Shown here: piece by piece, positions 1-9,839 of the stretch
How the letters are laid out: each line of letters starts with the position of its first letter
How positions within the stretch are numbered: the first letter of the stretch is position 1
From: a bacterium
GTDB taxonomy: Bacteria > Zhuqueibacterota > Zhuqueibacteria > Oceanimicrobiales > Oceanimicrobiaceae
Length of the DNA stretch: 21,234 nucleotides
Reading direction: 5' to 3'
NCBI GenBank assembly: GCA_046757025.1
Contig: JBHHXN010000087.1
Span: 1-21,234 of the forward strand
Notes under the pieces: generated by a model
Databases searched by the model: none
What the model saw: the letters and a program-made list of their open reading frames with translations, nothing else
What the model was told of the DNA's origin: nothing
Translations under genes and position numbers: made by a program

Positions 1-52
1 ATTATTTTGGACTTTTTGGACAGTCCTTTATCAAATATTCCACATGTTTCTT

Positions 53-949
53 CTATTTCACCACAGTAAAATAAACCGTATCCGCAATAGCCGAGCCAAA
101 CACCCCGATGCCATCGCTTTCGAAATGAAACGCCGGCTCGTGAAAATTGCCATCGATTTCTTTTACCTCTTCGTGAGTCTGTAGAAATTCCTTGAGATTT
201 TTATCCGCGGCGTACACCACCGCCCGATAGCGTCCATAAAACCAGGTGAAAAACCAGAAAACTTCCATTGTCGATTCCCCGGCGTATTTCGGCGTATCCT
301 GAATCCAGGTATAATTGTATTGAAAATCAAACAGATCTTTTTCCACATCTTCTTCGTCAAATTCACCAAATGGATTGTCGTAAATAAAGGTGGCCACATC
401 GGCGTCCAGCGCAGCTAATGACAAAATATAAAAATCCGTGCCCGGCGAGCGGCTGAAGGTCACCGCAAATCTCTCCAGCTCCAGGTTGGCGTCGCGCTGA
501 CGAAATCGCATGCTGTCCAGTTTGGATTTGGATTCCAGTATTTCAAATCCGGCCTGCGGCACCGTGGTGGTGGAGCGTGCGAAAAGCGTTTGTCCATCCA
601 CCGTCGCCGATACCTCCAAAGTGTAGGTCCCGCCATACTTGATGGTTAAATCGTCGGCTGCATATTCATAATCGCCGGTATCTTTGTTGAAATTGAGTCG
701 GAATGCAGTCCCCTGCTCATCAAATAAAATAGCCTGAGCATCACGGATGAGAATTTGGTTTTCATCGATGACGGTGTTCAGGGGAAAATTGCGACTGATG
801 CGAATGTTATCCACTTTTTGGTGCGGAAACAGCGTCCCTTGAATGACAATTTTGGGTTGATACGCTTGCTCATCCATATTGACGATGCCCTTGCCACAGG
901 CCGTGGTCAAGATAATTAGGGCCAAAAACGGCGATATTTTTGAAAGCAT
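53..949 (-). CDS. DUF4249-like outer-membrane lipoprotein, partner of the TonB-dependent receptor
   Basis: Start moved from 1021 to the ATG at 949 (MLSKISPF...), preceded by GAGGAG. Hydrophobic signal with lipobox-like IILTTA-C. PKIVIQG near the N-terminus and C-terminal GIGVFGS..DT are typical of DUF4249. Directly downstream of the receptor gene. Confidence 0.8.
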   Translation of the reverse strand: MLSKISPFLALIILTTACGKGIVNMDEQAYQPKIVIQGTLFPHQKVDNIRISRNFPLNTVIDENQILIRDAQAILFDEQGTAFRLNFNKDTGDYEYAADDLTIKYGGTYTLEVSATVDGQTLFARSTTTVPQAGFEILESKSKLDSMRFRQRDANLELERFAVTFSRSPGTDFYILSLAALDADVATFIYDNPFGEFDEEDVEKDLFDFQYNYTWIQDTPKYAGESTMEVFWFFTWFYGRYRAVVYAADKNLKEFLQTHEEVKEIDGNFHEPAFHFESDGIGVFGSAIADTVYFTVVK

Positions 950-1045
950 TTTCTCTCCTCTAAAATTACCAAATCGATGGCTATTTTCAATGGCAGAAAA
1001 TTTTGCTTGTGTCTTTTTCATGAAAGACGACTTACGTTTAAAGCA

Positions 1046-3373
1046 TTAAAATTTAAAGTTGATGCCGATGGTGGGCAAAATCGGAAACATGTACACCGCA
1101 TCCACCTTTTGCACGAAGCCTTCAATTTCATAATCGAGAAACCAGACATTTTTTCGGTTGCCAATATTAAATATTTGAATATAAGGGAAGATGGCCCACC
1201 CGCTAAAATATTTTTCGTAAGTGATGCTGATATCCATTCGGGCATACGGCGGCAACCGAAAGGTGTTGATATCGCTGGGATAGAGCTCGAAATCAAAAAC
1301 CGGCCGATCCGGCAGCGTGTTGGTGAAATAGCCCGAACCCGGCGTGGTGATGGGCTGACCCGTGGTGTAGATAAACGTAAACCCGAACTTCCAGTTGGAT
1401 TTGTGTTGAATGGCCGACTCGCCCCGCAGCATTCGTTTTAAATTTTTATAATCGATGGCGCCGACGATATTGAGCGCGGAGGTGCGATCGTGGCGGGGGG
1501 CAAATTGCCGCCCCTGATTGATGCCATCGACCCCGTACCTGGTAAATGCCAAACTGTATCCGATCCAGCCGGTGACCGCGCCTAATTCTTTGCGCAATAG
1601 CAGCTCAATGCCCGCTGAGTAGCCGTCGCCGCGATTAAAAATGCCCTTGGTTTCCGTATAAACCGGCTCCTCATTTTCAAACTGATCGGCGCTGAGCTCG
1701 GTAATGGCGGTCTGGTTAAAGGAGTAAATATTGTGATAATTTTTGTAATAGGCTTCCATTACAAGCTGGAAATTATCTGAGAAGTCCTGCTGATAACCCA
1801 GGATAAAATGTTCGGAAGACGAGGCATTCTGAAATTTATTAGAGGCCGTCCAGATGTCGGCGATAAAAGCCCGGGGAATGCGATGTAAAAATTGATAGTA
1901 AATCCCGGCGGCGGCTTTCAAATTGATGGAATCGGTCAAACGGTATTTGGCGGTAAATCGCGGCGCGACTTTTTGAAAATTCTTATCAGAGTTAAAATAA
2001 TTGAAGCGCAGACCGGTTTCAATATTCCAGCGAAGGTTTGGCTGCCAGAGATTCTGGAAATACAGCACATAATGCCGGGGCCTATTTTCAACATCGACTT
2101 TACCGCCGGGAAATTTCTGCAAAAAATTGATATGCAGATTTTTTTGTTCAAAACCAAAATTAGTGATAAAATTTTTGGATGCATGAAATTCGAAGTGGCC
2201 TTTGACGGAAATATCGCTGATGGTGTTTTCTTCGATGAAATCCACTGTGTCGCCAAAATCGAAATCGGAATCGAAACGGCTGGCCGTGAGCCAGAAATTG
2301 GCAAACAATTGTGGCGAAAAAACCCGCGTCCATCTGATGCTGCCGGTGGTGTTGCCCCAGTCGTAATTAAATCCCGCTTCATCTTCCGAATCCTCATTAA
2401 ACGTCAGATTCAGTACGTCCTTGCTGCCGAAGCCGCTGATAGACAGTTTATTGCGGCTGTTGATATCGAAAAAGGCCTTCAGGTTGCCGTCGTAAAAATA
2501 ATATTCGGGTACGTCGTCTATGGCTTTGGCAATGGTTTTATCGAAATACGTTCGCCGAAATGAGCCAGATAACGAACCGATGTTACCGATAGGCATCTGA
2601 AGCGTGGTTTTTCCGCTCAGCAAGCTGATGGCGGTTGTGCCTTCAAATTCTTCGCGATTGCCGTCCAGATGCGTGACATCCAGAATCGAAGACAGCCGGC
2701 CGCCGTATTGCGCCCCAAACCCGCCTTTGGAAAGTTCGACCTTCTTGATGGCATCCGTATTAAACGTCGAGAACAAACCGAAAGCGTGTTCCGGATTGTA
2801 AACATCCGTACCGTCGATGAGATAGAGATTTTGATCCGGGGTTCCGCCGCGCACATACAGTGCTGAGGAGTAGTCTGAAATGGGCAGAATGCCGGGCAAG
2901 GTTTGCATCACGCGCAACAGATCCGCTTCCGCTACCTGCGGGACTTGATTGATCTGTCTGGGGGTGAGCTCAATTTTCGAAACCGGTTGTTCAAACAGTT
3001 TTTCAATGGTCGGTGCCGCATCGCTGGTGATTACCACCTTTTTCATTTCCAGACTGGCTGACTTTAAGTGCATATCCAGCGTGATTTCATCGCCGCCGTG
3101 AATGCTGACCTCCTGCTTGAATGCCTTGTAACCGATGAAATGTCCCACCAGTGTGTAATGGCCGGGCGGAATTTTTGGAATCACATAATAACCATTGTGG
3201 TTGGTGCTGCTGCCGATCAGCGTGCCTTCTAAAAAGACGTTGGCGCCGATTAGCGCTTCGCCGTTGCTGTCATCGTAAACAAATCCGCTGATGCTGCCGG
3301 TTCGGTGATTTTGAGCCAGCAAGATCGATGCGCCCAGCAACCACACACAAACCGTCCTCTTGATAAATTTCAA
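1046..3373 (-). CDS. TonB-dependent outer-membrane receptor with N-terminal carboxypeptidase-regulatory-like domain
   Basis: TTG start with GGGAGG SD. Signal peptide, then ISGFVYD..GEALIGANV..GSSTNHNGYY (CarboxypepD_reg-like), plug motifs YVRGG.PDQNLYLIDG and KGGFGAQYGGRLSS, and C-terminal beta-signal GINFKF. Confidence 0.93.
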   Translation of the reverse strand: MKFIKRTVCVWLLGASILLAQNHRTGSISGFVYDDSNGEALIGANVFLEGTLIGSSTNHNGYYVIPKIPPGHYTLVGHFIGYKAFKQEVSIHGGDEITLDMHLKSASLEMKKVVITSDAAPTIEKLFEQPVSKIELTPRQINQVPQVAEADLLRVMQTLPGILPISDYSSALYVRGGTPDQNLYLIDGTDVYNPEHAFGLFSTFNTDAIKKVELSKGGFGAQYGGRLSSILDVTHLDGNREEFEGTTAISLLSGKTTLQMPIGNIGSLSGSFRRTYFDKTIAKAIDDVPEYYFYDGNLKAFFDINSRNKLSISGFGSKDVLNLTFNEDSEDEAGFNYDWGNTTGSIRWTRVFSPQLFANFWLTASRFDSDFDFGDTVDFIEENTISDISVKGHFEFHASKNFITNFGFEQKNLHINFLQKFPGGKVDVENRPRHYVLYFQNLWQPNLRWNIETGLRFNYFNSDKNFQKVAPRFTAKYRLTDSINLKAAAGIYYQFLHRIPRAFIADIWTASNKFQNASSSEHFILGYQQDFSDNFQLVMEAYYKNYHNIYSFNQTAITELSADQFENEEPVYTETKGIFNRGDGYSAGIELLLRKELGAVTGWIGYSLAFTRYGVDGINQGRQFAPRHDRTSALNIVGAIDYKNLKRMLRGESAIQHKSNWKFGFTFIYTTGQPITTPGSGYFTNTLPDRPVFDFELYPSDINTFRLPPYARMDISITYEKYFSGWAIFPYIQIFNIGNRKNVWFLDYEIEGFVQKVDAVYMFPILPTIGINFKF

Positions 3374-3889
3374 TTCTTCCTCCCATCAAATTAAATGATT
3401 TGTTTGGTCAATTTCCTCGAACCAGCCTGGCGAAATCGTCAACTAAATTGACATGCCATTAGCAACATTTTTGACAATCTCTACCGTTTACGCATCACGA
3501 TCATTTCGTTTCAAAAAATCCATGAATTAGATACAACAATCAGGCCAGAATAAAAAGTAGAATGAAATAGCGATTGTTTGTGCCCAAATTTCGCGAAACT
3601 GACAATCCTCAAACAGGATAGCCTGTGAATATTTACCGCAAATGTGGGTTTCTTCCTCAATCTTTCTCATGGTGAACATGCAACCCGGTTTGGCGACGAC
3701 ACGACTTGGCGTTGGTCAGGCAAATTGAGAACGCAAATTATTCGATGAACTCACGCACTGATTTAGAACAATTGACCTTTCCACGAAAAAACCCTTAAAT
3801 TTAAAATTAGAAATCCGAATCTGCAACACTTATTTTGAATGACTGAATTCGAGAGCCGAAATGGCAACGGTTAAATTCAGTTCCCACTC

Positions 3890-3902
3890 TAACTGTTTGA
3901 TT
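3890..3902 (-). promoter_or_regulatory. Putative IHF binding site
   Basis: Reverse complement AATCAA-ACAG-TTA matches WATCAANNNNTTR exactly. It lies ~30 bp upstream of a sigma54 -24 element, the usual position. Confidence 0.55.
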
Positions 3903-3931
3903 TTTCAAGACAAATCAAAGAATTCTTTGTG

Positions 3932-3947
3932 TGGCATAATAATTGCA
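3932..3947 (+). promoter_or_regulatory. Sigma54 (-24/-12) promoter upstream of htpX-ftsH
   Basis: TGGCAT-AATAA-TTGCA, with GG at 3933 and GC at 3945 (canonical 12-nt spacing). Confidence 0.7.
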
Positions 3948-4176
3948 AAAAAGCACTGAGCCTTGTGCAATTGCGCAAAATGTTCTGACATCGTTGACAC
4001 GATGTCCTATTTCGTCGCAGGAACTTGTAAAATGAGAATAAGTGGCAGAAACGAAACTAAGCCTTTCAAATCGGAGTAAATATTTTTACACAATGCAAAA
4101 CCTATGGCGATTTATTTATTTGCCATTTTCAGGATGTCTAAAAAAATGGAGAGTTAATTTTCAGGAGAAAAGATAA

Positions 4177-5013
4177 ATGAGCACGATTAAAACAACCTTT
4201 CTTATGGCCCTGCTAACGATATTGTTGGTATTTCTGGGAAAGTTAATTGGTGGTCAAAATGGCGCGCTAATTGCCTTTTTCCTTGCAGCTGGTATGAATT
4301 TCTTTAGTTACTGGTATTCGGACAAAATGATACTCGCTACCTATCGGGCTCAGCCGGTGACCGAAGCGCAGCAGCCGCGTCTCTATGCCATGGTTCGGAG
4401 GCTGGCCCAGCACGCGCAACTGCCCATGCCCAAAGTCTATGTCATTCCTTCAGCCACCCCCAATGCCTTTGCCACCGGCCGCGATCCGCAGCACGCTGCC
4501 GTAGCCGTAACCGAAGGCATCTTGCGCCAGTTGAACCAGGATGAACTGGAAGGCGTGCTGGCCCATGAATTAGCGCACATCAAAAACCGCGATATTTTAA
4601 TCGGTTCGGTGGCGGCCACCATCGCGGGCGCCATCAATATGCTCTACTATTTCGGTTTGTTTTTTGGCGGAGGTGGCGACGATGACGACGGCAACCCGTT
4701 CGTGAGCCTGCTCATGATCATTCTGGCGCCCATTGCTGCTATGCTCATTCAAATGGCCATTTCCCGCTCCCGAGAATACGCCGCCGACCGCGGAGGCGCT
4801 TTGATTTCCGGAAAGCCGCTGGCCCTGGCTTCGGCACTGGAAAATCTCGAACGGGGAGTCGCAAGGGTTCCCATGAAGGCAAAACCGACGTCGGCTCACA
4901 TTTTCATCGTGAATCCGTTGCGCGGAGGCGGCATCGCATCGTTGTTTTCTACTCATCCGTCCACCCGGGAAAGGGTGCACAGGCTGCGAGAAATGGCTTC
5001 TTATCGTAGTTAA
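4177..5013 (+). CDS. htpX: Zinc metalloprotease HtpX (M48)
   Basis: AGGAG SD. Motifs [13 protein letters not shown] (HExxH), [11 protein letters not shown] and FSTHP, with N-terminal TM helices. Confidence 0.96.
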   Translation: MSTIKTTFLMALLTILLVFLGKLIGGQNGALIAFFLAAGMNFFSYWYSDKMILATYRAQPVTEAQQPRLYAMVRRLAQHAQLPMPKVYVIPSATPNAFATGRDPQHAAVAVTEGILRQLNQDELEGVLAHELAHIKNRDILIGSVAATIAGAINMLYYFGLFFGGGGDDDDGNPFVSLLMIILAPIAAMLIQMAISRSREYAADRGGALISGKPLALASALENLERGVARVPMKAKPTSAHIFIVNPLRGGGIASLFSTHPSTRERVHRLREMASYRS

Positions 5014-5070
5014 CCATTGACCGTTTTCAAATAAAAAAGAAAGGGAAGGCGAATAAAATTGCGGTGAATC

Positions 5071-7026
5071 ATGAACGAATTAAAACAAAAGCCCTCAAAA
5101 AACCGAGCTCCCAAAAAGCTGAACCTTGCCATCTGGTACATCATAGCTGGCTTTTTGATCATGTTTTTGATCCAAAATTACCTGGTTCAGACAGAGGTGG
5201 AAAAAATTCCATACAGCGAGTTCAAGCAGCGTTTGCAAGACGGTTTGATCAAAGAATGCACGGTTTCCGCTGACAAAATCCAGGGGGTGATGCTGGTCCG
5301 CGCCGCCACGGAGGCCGGCGCCGCCCAAAAGGATTCGCAACGACCGGCGTTTGAAAATACAAAAGAGTCAGAAGATAAAAGCGAAACTTTTTTTGAAACC
5401 CTTCGCATCGATGATCCCGATTTAGTGAAAGAGCTGGAAGCCCAAAACATTAAGTTTTCGGGCAAATCCAACAACAACTGGTGGCAAGGCATTATTTTTT
5501 ACTGGCTGCTTCCCATTGCCATATTAGTGGCCATCTGGGGATTCGTTTTTCGAAAGATGAACCCCCAGGGCGGCATCATGTCAATAGGCAAAAGCAAAGC
5601 CAAAATCTATGTGGAAGGCAAAATAAAAGTGACTTTTAAAGACGTTGCTGGCATAGATGAAGCAGTGGAAGAAGTTCAGGAAGTGGTGGAATTTTTAAGG
5701 AATCCCGACAAATTCAAAAATCTAGGGGGACAAATTCCAAAGGGCGTGCTTCTATTGGGGCCGCCTGGAACGGGTAAAACGTTGCTGGCTCGGGCTGTGG
5801 CAGGCGAAGCCAGTGTGCCATTCTTTAATCTCTCCGGTTCTGATTTTGTGGAGATGTTTGTGGGCGTGGGGGCAGCCCGCGTGCGCGATCTGTTTCAACA
5901 GGCTACGCAACAAGCCCCTTGCATGGTGTTCATCGATGAACTGGACGCCCTGGGCAAGGCACGTGGCATCAATCCCATGGCGGGACACGATGAACGCGAA
6001 CAAACCCTCAATCAACTCCTGGTGGAAATGGACGGATTCGAAGCCAACAGCGGTGTGATCATCATGGCGGCAACCAATCGACCCGAAATACTGGATCTGG
6101 CTTTATTGCGACCGGGAAGATTCGACCGGCAAATCGTCGTAGACCGTCCGGACATCAATGGCCGAGAAGCCATTTTAAAAGTTCATTCCAAAAAAGTTAA
6201 ATTATCGCCAAAAGTGGATTTAAGAATGATCGCCTCCAGAACGCCGGGATTTGTGGGCGCGGATCTGGCGAATGTCATCAATGAAGCGGCTCTGTTAGCT
6301 GCCAGAAACGAGAAAAAGGAAGTGACCGCTTCCGATCTGGAAGAAGCCATAGACCGAGTGGTAGCCGGGTTGGAAAAAAAGAGTCGGGTGCTGAATAAAA
6401 AGGAAAAGGATATCGTGGCTTATCACGAAGCCGGGCATGCCATCGTTGCGGCCAGTTTGCAGCACGTGGACCCGGTTCATCGCGTCTCCATCATTCCGCG
6501 AGGGGTGGCTGCGCTGGGTTACACTCTGCAGCTTCCTACGGAGGACCGCCACTTAATGACCAAAACCGAGCTTCTCCACCGCCTGCAAGTTTTGCTCGGC
6601 GGCCGGGTAGCTGAAGAAATCATATTCAAAGAAATTTCCACTGGCGCTCAAAACGACCTCGAACGGGCCACTGCCATCGCTCGCAGCATGGTCACCGAAT
6701 ATGGCATGAGCGACAAATTAGGACCGCTTTCTTACGCTAAAGAAAAACGCCCAATTTACTTAGGCGCCGAATTAGGCAACGGCAGAGTGTACAGTGAAAA
6801 AATTGCCGGAGAAATTGATATCGAGGTGAGACAGATTATTGAAACCACCTACAAAAAAGTGAAATCCCTGTTGCAATCTCGAAAAAGTGCTCTCAAACAG
6901 TTAGCGCAGCTTCTGCTTGAAAAAGAGGTGGTGGAAGGCGACGAATTGATAAAACTGCTCAAATCCAAAACCAAAAGCGCGTTGCAGCCTAAAGAATCCA
7001 ACAAGAAAATTGTGAGTACGAAGTAA
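5071..7026 (+). CDS. ftsH: ATP-dependent zinc metalloprotease FtsH
   Basis: Two TM segments, Walker A GPPGTGKT, Walker [21 protein letters not shown], and HEAGH zinc motif. Confidence 0.97.
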   Translation: MNELKQKPSKNRAPKKLNLAIWYIIAGFLIMFLIQNYLVQTEVEKIPYSEFKQRLQDGLIKECTVSADKIQGVMLVRAATEAGAAQKDSQRPAFENTKESEDKSETFFETLRIDDPDLVKELEAQNIKFSGKSNNNWWQGIIFYWLLPIAILVAIWGFVFRKMNPQGGIMSIGKSKAKIYVEGKIKVTFKDVAGIDEAVEEVQEVVEFLRNPDKFKNLGGQIPKGVLLLGPPGTGKTLLARAVAGEASVPFFNLSGSDFVEMFVGVGAARVRDLFQQATQQAPCMVFIDELDALGKARGINPMAGHDEREQTLNQLLVEMDGFEANSGVIIMAATNRPEILDLALLRPGRFDRQIVVDRPDINGREAILKVHSKKVKLSPKVDLRMIASRTPGFVGADLANVINEAALLAARNEKKEVTASDLEEAIDRVVAGLEKKSRVLNKKEKDIVAYHEAGHAIVAASLQHVDPVHRVSIIPRGVAALGYTLQLPTEDRHLMTKTELLHRLQVLLGGRVAEEIIFKEISTGAQNDLERATAIARSMVTEYGMSDKLGPLSYAKEKRPIYLGAELGNGRVYSEKIAGEIDIEVRQIIETTYKKVKSLLQSRKSALKQLAQLLLEKEVVEGDELIKLLKSKTKSALQPKESNKKIVSTK

Positions 7027-7291
7027 TTTCTTTTCTAACGTTTGTTTGCGTATTTAATCGAAACTACGCTACCAATTGGGTGGTCTACAAACTCCGTAAA
7101 ATCTTCTCACCAGATAATTATGGGCGTGTTTCACTTCCGCAATCGGAAAATCGAAATGGGGAGGGGGAGCCATCCATGCAATCGTTTTTTCTCGAAAATC
7201 GCGTAAGTCGTGCATTTCATTTGTGTTTAAAGCTTGCTCAAAAAAGCATTTCCGCAGCACAGTTCTAACAAAATCGGGCTCATATCGATCA

Positions 7292-7321
7292 GAGTGGGTA
7301 ATACATTCTCCTTACCCACTC
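7292..7321. other. Perfect 10-bp inverted repeat between ftsH and glnA
   Basis: GAGTGGGTAA-N10-TTACCCACTC. No U-tract follows on either strand, so the function is unclear. Confidence 0.45.
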
Positions 7322-7448
7322 AAAACAACATGAAACCGAAAATTAATTTTAGCAAATAATTTTAAATTTGCTTGCTTTAATTTAATCAATTGCGGATATT
7401 ATAGGATGACTTACACAATGAACAACTCACCATAAAGGAGAATTATAC

Positions 7449-8783
7449 ATGGTAAAAAAAGACAAGGAATACGTTTTAAAAACCTCCAGGGACAACGAAG
7501 TCAAATTTATCCGGTTGTGGTTCACCGACATTTTAGGATTTTTGAAAAGCTTTGCCATCACTATTGATGAGCTGGAAACGGCGCTGGATGAAGGCGCCGG
7601 TTTTGACGGCTCGTCCATCGAAGGCTTTGTTCGCATCGACGAAAGCGATATGATGGCCATACCGGACCCCACCACTTTTCAAATATTACCCTGGAGACAC
7701 AACACAACAAGCGCGGTGGCCCGCTTGTTTTGTGATATCCAGACTCCAGAAGGACAACCTTATGAAGGCGATTCCAGATGGGTGTTAAAACGCAATTTGA
7801 AAAGGGCTGAAGAGCTGGGTTATACATTTTATGTCGGGCCCGAGCTGGAATACTTTTATTTCAGAAGCTCGGAGGGCCATCCCGAAATTTTAGATAAAGG
7901 CGGCTACTTCGATCTCACGCCGTTAGACGTGGCCAGCGACTTCCGCAAACAAACCGTTGAGGCGCTGATGAGCTTAGGTGTGGAAGTGGAAACCATGCAC
8001 CACGAAGTAGGCCCTAGTCAGCACGAAATCGACCTGCGTTATACCGATGCGCTGACCATGGCCGATAACGCCATGACCTATCGCCTAGTGGTAAAAGAAG
8101 TCGCTCTGCGCAACGATATTTATGCGACTTTTATGCCCAAACCGTTATTTGGCGAAAATGGCAGCGGCATGCACACCCACATGTCTTTGTTTCAAGGGGA
8201 GCGCAACGCCTTTTACGATGCCAACGACAAACATCATCTGTCGAGCACAGCGAGAAAATTCATCGCCGGTTTGATCAAGCATGCGCCGGAATTCACGCTG
8301 GTGACCAATCAATGGATCAACTCTTACAAACGGCTGGTTCCCGGTTATGAAGCGCCGATTTACACTACCTGGGCGGTACGCAATCGTTCGGATATGATTC
8401 GCATACCGGCGTATAAACTGGGCAAAGAAAAAGCGACCCGCGTTGAACTGCGGTCGCCGGACCCCGCCTGCAACCCTTATCTCGCTTTTAGCGCAATGCT
8501 GGCGGCCGGTTTGGAAGGCATCGAAAAAAACTATACTGAAGTTCCACCGGTGGAACGCAATGTATATAAATTAACCGAAGAAGAACGAAAAGAGCTCAAT
8601 ATCGACACCCTACCCGAGGATCTTTACGAAGCCATAAAAGCCATGGAATCCAGTGAAATTATGAAAAAGGCGCTTGGGGAACATGTATTTCATACTTTGT
8701 TAGAAAACAAGAAGCTCGAATGGGAAGATTACCGCGCACAATTGACGGACTGGGAAATGCAAAACTATTTTCCGATTCTGTGA
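7449..8783 (+). CDS. glnA: Glutamine synthetase type I (GSI-alpha-like, 444 aa)
   Basis: AAGGAG SD. Motifs FDGSSIEGFVRI.ESDM, GPELEYF, HHEVGPSQHEI, FMPKP, NGSGMHTH, NSYKRLVPGYEAP and ELRSPDPACNPYL. Confidence 0.95.
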   Translation: MVKKDKEYVLKTSRDNEVKFIRLWFTDILGFLKSFAITIDELETALDEGAGFDGSSIEGFVRIDESDMMAIPDPTTFQILPWRHNTTSAVARLFCDIQTPEGQPYEGDSRWVLKRNLKRAEELGYTFYVGPELEYFYFRSSEGHPEILDKGGYFDLTPLDVASDFRKQTVEALMSLGVEVETMHHEVGPSQHEIDLRYTDALTMADNAMTYRLVVKEVALRNDIYATFMPKPLFGENGSGMHTHMSLFQGERNAFYDANDKHHLSSTARKFIAGLIKHAPEFTLVTNQWINSYKRLVPGYEAPIYTTWAVRNRSDMIRIPAYKLGKEKATRVELRSPDPACNPYLAFSAMLAAGLEGIEKNYTEVPPVERNVYKLTEEERKELNIDTLPEDLYEAIKAMESSEIMKKALGEHVFHTLLENKKLEWEDYRAQLTDWEMQNYFPIL

Positions 8784-8920
8784 GTACTTGCTTACGAACA
8801 CCACGTTTCAGGAAGAAATTAAAATGGCAAAATTGCTGGTGGATAAAGTTTGAAGGTGTAGGGTAAAAGGGTTAAGTAATTTCAGGACGAGACATTCTAA
8901 TCGTCATTAAATCAATAAAT

Positions 8921-9247
8921 ATGAAACTCGGAACCACTCACTATATCGATTGTGCGCATTACTTACCGGGACATGCCAAGTGTGGCCAGATGCACGGCCA
9001 CACTTACAAAATCGAGATCATCATCGAAGGCGAAAACAAAGACGGTATGGTGCTCGATTTTTCCAATATGAAAACCGCGGTCAACGATTTACTAGCAAAA
9101 TATGATCACAAATCTCTCAACGATTTTTTAGAGTATCCGTCGGTTGAAAATATCTGTGAAATGCTGCAAAAAGAGCTTAGCAAACAGCTGCCTTTTCCGT
9201 TCACTTTGCGCATCTGGGAAGGCGAAGGAAAATGGGCTGAACTCTAA
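8921..9247 (+). CDS. queD: 6-carboxy-5,6,7,8-tetrahydropterin synthase (QueD/PTPS family)
   Basis: AH..., CGQMHGHTY (Cx3HGH, QueD-type), GMVLDF, DHKSLND, PSVENI and IWE motifs. Confidence 0.88.
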   Translation: MKLGTTHYIDCAHYLPGHAKCGQMHGHTYKIEIIIEGENKDGMVLDFSNMKTAVNDLLAKYDHKSLNDFLEYPSVENICEMLQKELSKQLPFPFTLRIWEGEGKWAEL

Positions 9248-9312
9248 TTACGTGATTTTTTTACCAGTGGATTTACCGGCCTTTTTCTATTTTAATTCCA
9301 AATAATAAGACC

Positions 9313-9732
9313 TTGTTTAAATTAAACAAAAGCACCCGATTTGCCATTTATTCCATCGTTGAATTGAGCCAGGATAGGGAATCCGTGGTATCGGCTGGTG
9401 AAATTGCTGACAAGTACCATATTTCTGAACACCACGTGGCGAAAGTCTTGCAGCAACTGGCCAAAACAGGTCTGGTACGCAGCATTCGTGGAATTAAAGG
9501 CGGTTTTCAGATCGCACGGGATCCCAAAGAAATCACTATGATGGACGTTGTGGAAATTTTTGAACCGCATCTGCCGCATTCCGGTTGTCTGCTGCTGGAT
9601 TTTGAAGAAAAGTGCAACAACCAGGGTGCTTGCCGCATCGGCGAAGTTTTCAGCGAAATCCAGGAGCAAGCATTTTACACGCTAAAATCGGTTTCCATCG
9701 CCACCCTCATCTCCCCGAAAAAAATTTCATAA
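9313..9732 (+). CDS. Rrf2-family transcriptional regulator with three Cys (probable Fe-S ligands); possibly BadM-like
   Basis: Winged HTH SAGEIADKYHISEHHVAKVLQQL..GLVRSIRG.KGGF.IARDPKEIT and C-x8-C-x5-C. TTG start without a clear SD. Confidence 0.9.
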   Translation: MFKLNKSTRFAIYSIVELSQDRESVVSAGEIADKYHISEHHVAKVLQQLAKTGLVRSIRGIKGGFQIARDPKEITMMDVVEIFEPHLPHSGCLLLDFEEKCNNQGACRIGEVFSEIQEQAFYTLKSVSIATLISPKKIS

Positions 9733-9746
9733 TCGTCATTTTTGTA

Positions 9747-9775
9747 TTGACATCAACTCCGTTCTACATTATATT
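9747..9775 (+). promoter_or_regulatory. Sigma70-type promoter of the radical SAM gene
   Basis: TTGACA (9747-9752)-N17-TATATT (9770-9775). Confidence 0.7.
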
Positions 9776-9839
9776 AAAAAACTGAAATTCGCATCGATCT
9801 ACTTTGTGAATAAAGGATTCTAAGGAGAGGGAGGATTTA

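Noticed and set aside
9..26. GACTTTTTGGACAGTCC as an IS/MITE terminal repeat
   Set aside because: At the window edge with no partner end or transposase visible; cannot be supported.
977..2866. Alternative-frame and antisense ORFs overlapping the TonB receptor gene (likewise those over htpX, ftsH, had, oah, dch and bcrBC)
   Set aside because: They are shadow ORFs of well-supported genes, with no motifs or SD.
3719..3737. GGCAAA...ACGCAAA resembling a c-di-GMP-I riboswitch
   Set aside because: Only 6 nt separate the motifs; the GNRA-capped stem and the second hairpin are missing.
7050..7110. TCTAC...CCGTAAA resembling a purine riboswitch
   Set aside because: No P3 complementarity after CCGTAAA and no P2 loop motif; the context does not fit.
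7449..8783. GS-like gamma-glutamyl-aromatic-amine ligase linked to aromatic catabolism
   Set aside because: All canonical GSI motifs, including the FDGSS/ESDM ammonium-site region, are intact, so an ordinary glutamine synthetase is more likely.
8784..8920. preQ1 riboswitch upstream of queD
   Set aside because: No short stem with a GTTC-type loop followed by an A-rich tail is visible.
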